Positions 60,190 through 62,402 of a stretch of DNA of 62,402 bases are shown here, piece after piece. Every line of letters starts with the position of its first letter. Within the stretch, counting starts at the first letter, position 1. Both the position numbers and the translations under genes were made by a program. A model generated the notes under the pieces. The model was not told the DNA's origin. It ran no database searches and was given only the letters and a program-made list of their open reading frames with translations. This stretch comes from an uncultured Gammaproteobacteria bacterium (lineage in GTDB: Bacteria; Patescibacteriota; Microgenomatia; Levybacterales; UBA12049), in assembly GCA_964628435.1 (NCBI GenBank), contig CAZVON010000004.1, forward strand, positions 1 through 62,402, given 5' to 3'.

Positions 60190-60621
60190 CTATTTGAATT
60201 CTACCACTGGCTTTTCAAACCGAAAATCTAATCTTCTGAAGCCTTTTCCTTCTATTGTAAGCGCAGAAAGTATGAGTTGTAAAGAGGAGACTTGCAAATC
60301 TATTTTTTTCTTTGGGGAAAATACAACATCTTCTCCAGAAGAAAGTTTTACTAAGTAAGAGGAATCACTGGCAATAGTAATTTCAGAAAACGGAATTTTT
60401 GCACTTAAAAGAAGCATCTCCAGCTGTTTTGTTGAAATTGAGTCTGTAGAAAACGAACTATTGAATCCTCGCGGGAGTGGACTCACAAAATAATCTTTAT
60501 TAGACAAAAAGGCAAACCTGGTATGGAAGAAAAACAAACTCCCCATAACACCAGTGAAAATAAGAATGAACAGAAATAACCATTTAAGCGGACTTTTTTT
60601 TCTTTTCTTCTTAAGAACCAT
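60190..60621 (-). CDS. Short bitopic FtsQ/DivIB-like protein (143 aa)
   Basis: Basic N-terminus, one TM segment (WLFLFILIFTGVMGSLFFF), and a small beta-rich ectodomain. Called mainly from its position between murG and ftsA. Confidence 0.5.
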   Translation of the reverse strand: MVLKKKRKKSPLKWLFLFILIFTGVMGSLFFFHTRFAFLSNKDYFVSPLPRGFNSSFSTDSISTKQLEMLLLSAKIPFSEITIASDSSYLVKLSSGEDVVFSPKKKIDLQVSSLQLILSALTIEGKGFRRLDFRFEKPVVEFK

Positions 60622-60654
60622 ATACCTATTGTAGTATGAAAATGGAACTAGCGT

Positions 60655-61764
60655 TTATGAAATTTGCTGAAGAATAACATGAGAAATTTTGGACGCAGCA
60701 TCAATGTTTACTAACTTTTTTGCTGCTTCTGCATGCGAACGATATGTGTGTATGCGCTCCAACATAGAAATTATTTTTTCAAACAACTTTTCACCAGTGA
60801 GCAAATCTTGATATACAATTTCTCCAAGACCAGTACTTGCAAATAGCTTCGCATTTTTTATCTGTTCGTTTTTTTGAGAAACCGCGATGGGAATCAGTAG
60901 CGCCGGTTTACCCAGATATAAAAGTTCTGTTATCGTATTAATACCAGCACGACTAACTACTAAGGCTGCTTTTTGTAATGTGTCAGAAAGCTCCACAACG
61001 TCTAGAAATTTTTTTACCGTATATCGTTTCTTCAAATGTGGATCGAGTGATTCCGCACGATGCTTGAGCCGTTCAAAATCTTTGTAATTTCTTGCGTCTC
61101 CAGTTTGATGCACGATATACATCTGAGAAAGTAGTTTTTCTAAGCATTCTTCAACCAGCACATTAATCGCATGTGAACCCAAACTCCCTCCGGTAATATA
61201 CACAAGAGGCATATCTAAAACAATAGGTGTTTTATGCGACGCATCAACAATTTCTTTGCGAACTGGATTTCCGGTAAGAACAGTTTTGCTCTTGGGAAAT
61301 TCTTTTACGCCTCTCTCCCAAGAAACGCATACCGCACGAGCAAAATATGAAGCGATTTTATTTGCTATTCCTGCTTGCTGGGTTTGTTCGTGAATCACAA
61401 TGGGAATACGCACTGCTGCCCCCCATACCACAATGGGAAGGGAAATATATCCCCCAAACGACACAATAACATCTGGCCGAAAGAAAAGAAGAATCATCAA
61501 CCCCTGGATAAAACCAATCGGCAGTTTGAATAAAGAAAAAAGGGTATAGCGGGTAAACTTTCGCTGCAGTCTTCCTGCTGTTAAGGACTTAAATGGAATA
61601 TTAAGTTTTTTTGCGACTTGGTGTTCAAAAGAAACCGCACTATCTCCCTCTAATGGATATTTTCTTCCCACTATTACAATCTGCGCAGATAAAGGCAGCT
61701 CTTGAATAACTGGTACAACCGGCGCGAAATGTCCACCTCCCCCTGCTGTGATAAGAATTTTCAT
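60655..61764 (-). CDS. murG: UDP-GlcNAc:lipid I GlcNAc transferase MurG (start taken at M18, MKILITAGG...)
   Basis: ITAGGGGHFAPV, ITGGSLGS and VVSRAGINTITELLYLGKPALLIP. Confidence 0.9.
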   Translation of the reverse strand: MKILITAGGGGHFAPVVPVIQELPLSAQIVIVGRKYPLEGDSAVSFEHQVAKKLNIPFKSLTAGRLQRKFTRYTLFSLFKLPIGFIQGLMILLFFRPDVIVSFGGYISLPIVVWGAAVRIPIVIHEQTQQAGIANKIASYFARAVCVSWERGVKEFPKSKTVLTGNPVRKEIVDASHKTPIVLDMPLVYITGGSLGSHAINVLVEECLEKLLSQMYIVHQTGDARNYKDFERLKHRAESLDPHLKKRYTVKKFLDVVELSDTLQKAALVVSRAGINTITELLYLGKPALLIPIAVSQKNEQIKNAKLFASTGLGEIVYQDLLTGEKLFEKIISMLERIHTYRSHAEAAKKLVNIDAASKISHVILQQIS

Positions 61765-61766
61765 AG

Positions 61767-62402
61767 TTAATGATAGCCTTGTTTTGAAATGTTTAACAAA
61801 ATGCCAATTGCGCACAAATCAACCACCAATGCAGAACCTCCATAGGATATAAACGGTAGCGGTACACCAGTTAAGGGTAGTAACGCAGTCATGGCACCTA
61901 AGTTTATCAACATCTGTATCCCAAGAAACGACGTAATACCAGCAGCAAGAAGTTTTCCAAATATGTCTTTTGCCTGTATCGCTATATGAAACCCTCGCGA
62001 TAGCACAATGATAAATAATAGAATAAGTAGTGTTGAACCAATCAATCCAAGCTCTTCTGCGATAATGGCAAAAATTGAGTCAGTGGTATTTTCAGGCAAG
62101 TATGCGTATTTTTGAAGCGAATTTCCTATTCCTACACCAGTAATTCCCCCAGATCCTAAGGCAATTAAAATCTGTTTTACATGATATGAAGAGTTTTCAA
62201 GCGAATCGCCAGTATTGAGAAACGCAGCAAGTCGCTTTGCTCGATATGGTTCTAGTTTAATCAATAATAATCCCGCAGCGAAAATCACTGGAATGATTCC
62301 TAAAAAATAACTAATTTTCCCGCCTGATAAAAAATACAGAATAATCGATAATAATAATCCTATTATCACAATTCGCATATCTGTGTTAAGTATATTAAGT
62401 AC
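61767..62402 (-). CDS. ftsW: SEDS-family FtsW, 5'-partial (open frame continues past the window end)
   Basis: TDSIFAIIAEELGLIG and LPLTGVPLPFISYGGS. The frame has no stop between 62378 and 62402. Confidence 0.85.
   Translation of the reverse strand, partial: VLNILNTDMRIVIIGLLLSIILYFLSGGKISYFLGIIPVIFAAGLLLIKLEPYRAKRLAAFLNTGDSLENSSYHVKQILIALGSGGITGVGIGNSLQKYAYLPENTTDSIFAIIAEELGLIGSTLLILLFIIVLSRGFHIAIQAKDIFGKLLAAGITSFLGIQMLINLGAMTALLPLTGVPLPFISYGGSALVVDLCAIGILLNISKQGYH

Overview
This is an AT-rich, very gene-dense bacterial chromosome segment: genes often overlap by 4-20 nt, Shine-Dalgarno sequences are rare, and I saw no clear intrinsic terminators. The gene content and reduced protein sizes suggest a Patescibacteria/CPR-like or similarly reduced Gram-positive-type lineage, but that is inference only. 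No searches were run; every family call rests on motifs read from the supplied translations.

Layout:
1. 1-14.5 kb, + strand: a housekeeping run of gatA (5' partial), gatB, dnaE, the atpBEFHAGDC operon, a divergent pyrD-like gene, a small membrane protein, pyrF, pyrE and tRNA-Thr(CGU).
2. 14.5-27 kb: a membrane-anchored protein with tandem beta-rich repeats, then an envelope-glycan block (O-antigen-ligase-like gene, three large polytopic GT-C-like proteins, GT2). This is followed by a carbamoyltransferase with two tiny membrane proteins, a decayed IS1595-type element, a truncated GT2, a GT4 and tRNA-Val(CAC).
3. 27-33.9 kb: lepB, parB, rpmA, rplU, rodA, ileS, an 82-aa ORF and yggT.
4. 33.9-57.7 kb: a second, larger glycan block. 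It holds two GT2::GT-C fusions, a methyltransferase::GT2 fusion, three stand-alone SAM methyltransferases, GT2, GT4, a membrane-anchored SGNH hydrolase, a Wzx-like flippase and several more GT-C-like proteins. It also holds an Arn-pathway-like module (SDR decarboxylase, nucleotide-sugar dehydrogenase, GT2, GT-C).
5. 57.6-62.4 kb, - strand: a minimal dcw cluster, ftsW (partial)-murG-ftsQ-like-ftsA-ftsZ.

Most notable:
- The glycosylation super-cluster has about ten GT-C-like paralogues paired with polyprenyl-phosphate-type GT2 genes.
- Three otherwise intact genes are interrupted: dnaE by an in-frame TAA, ileS by a 1-nt frame change, and a GT-C gene by an in-frame TAA.
- A pyrD-pyrF-pyrE-only pyrimidine branch carries an embedded membrane protein.
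- There are several gene-decay relics around the IS element.
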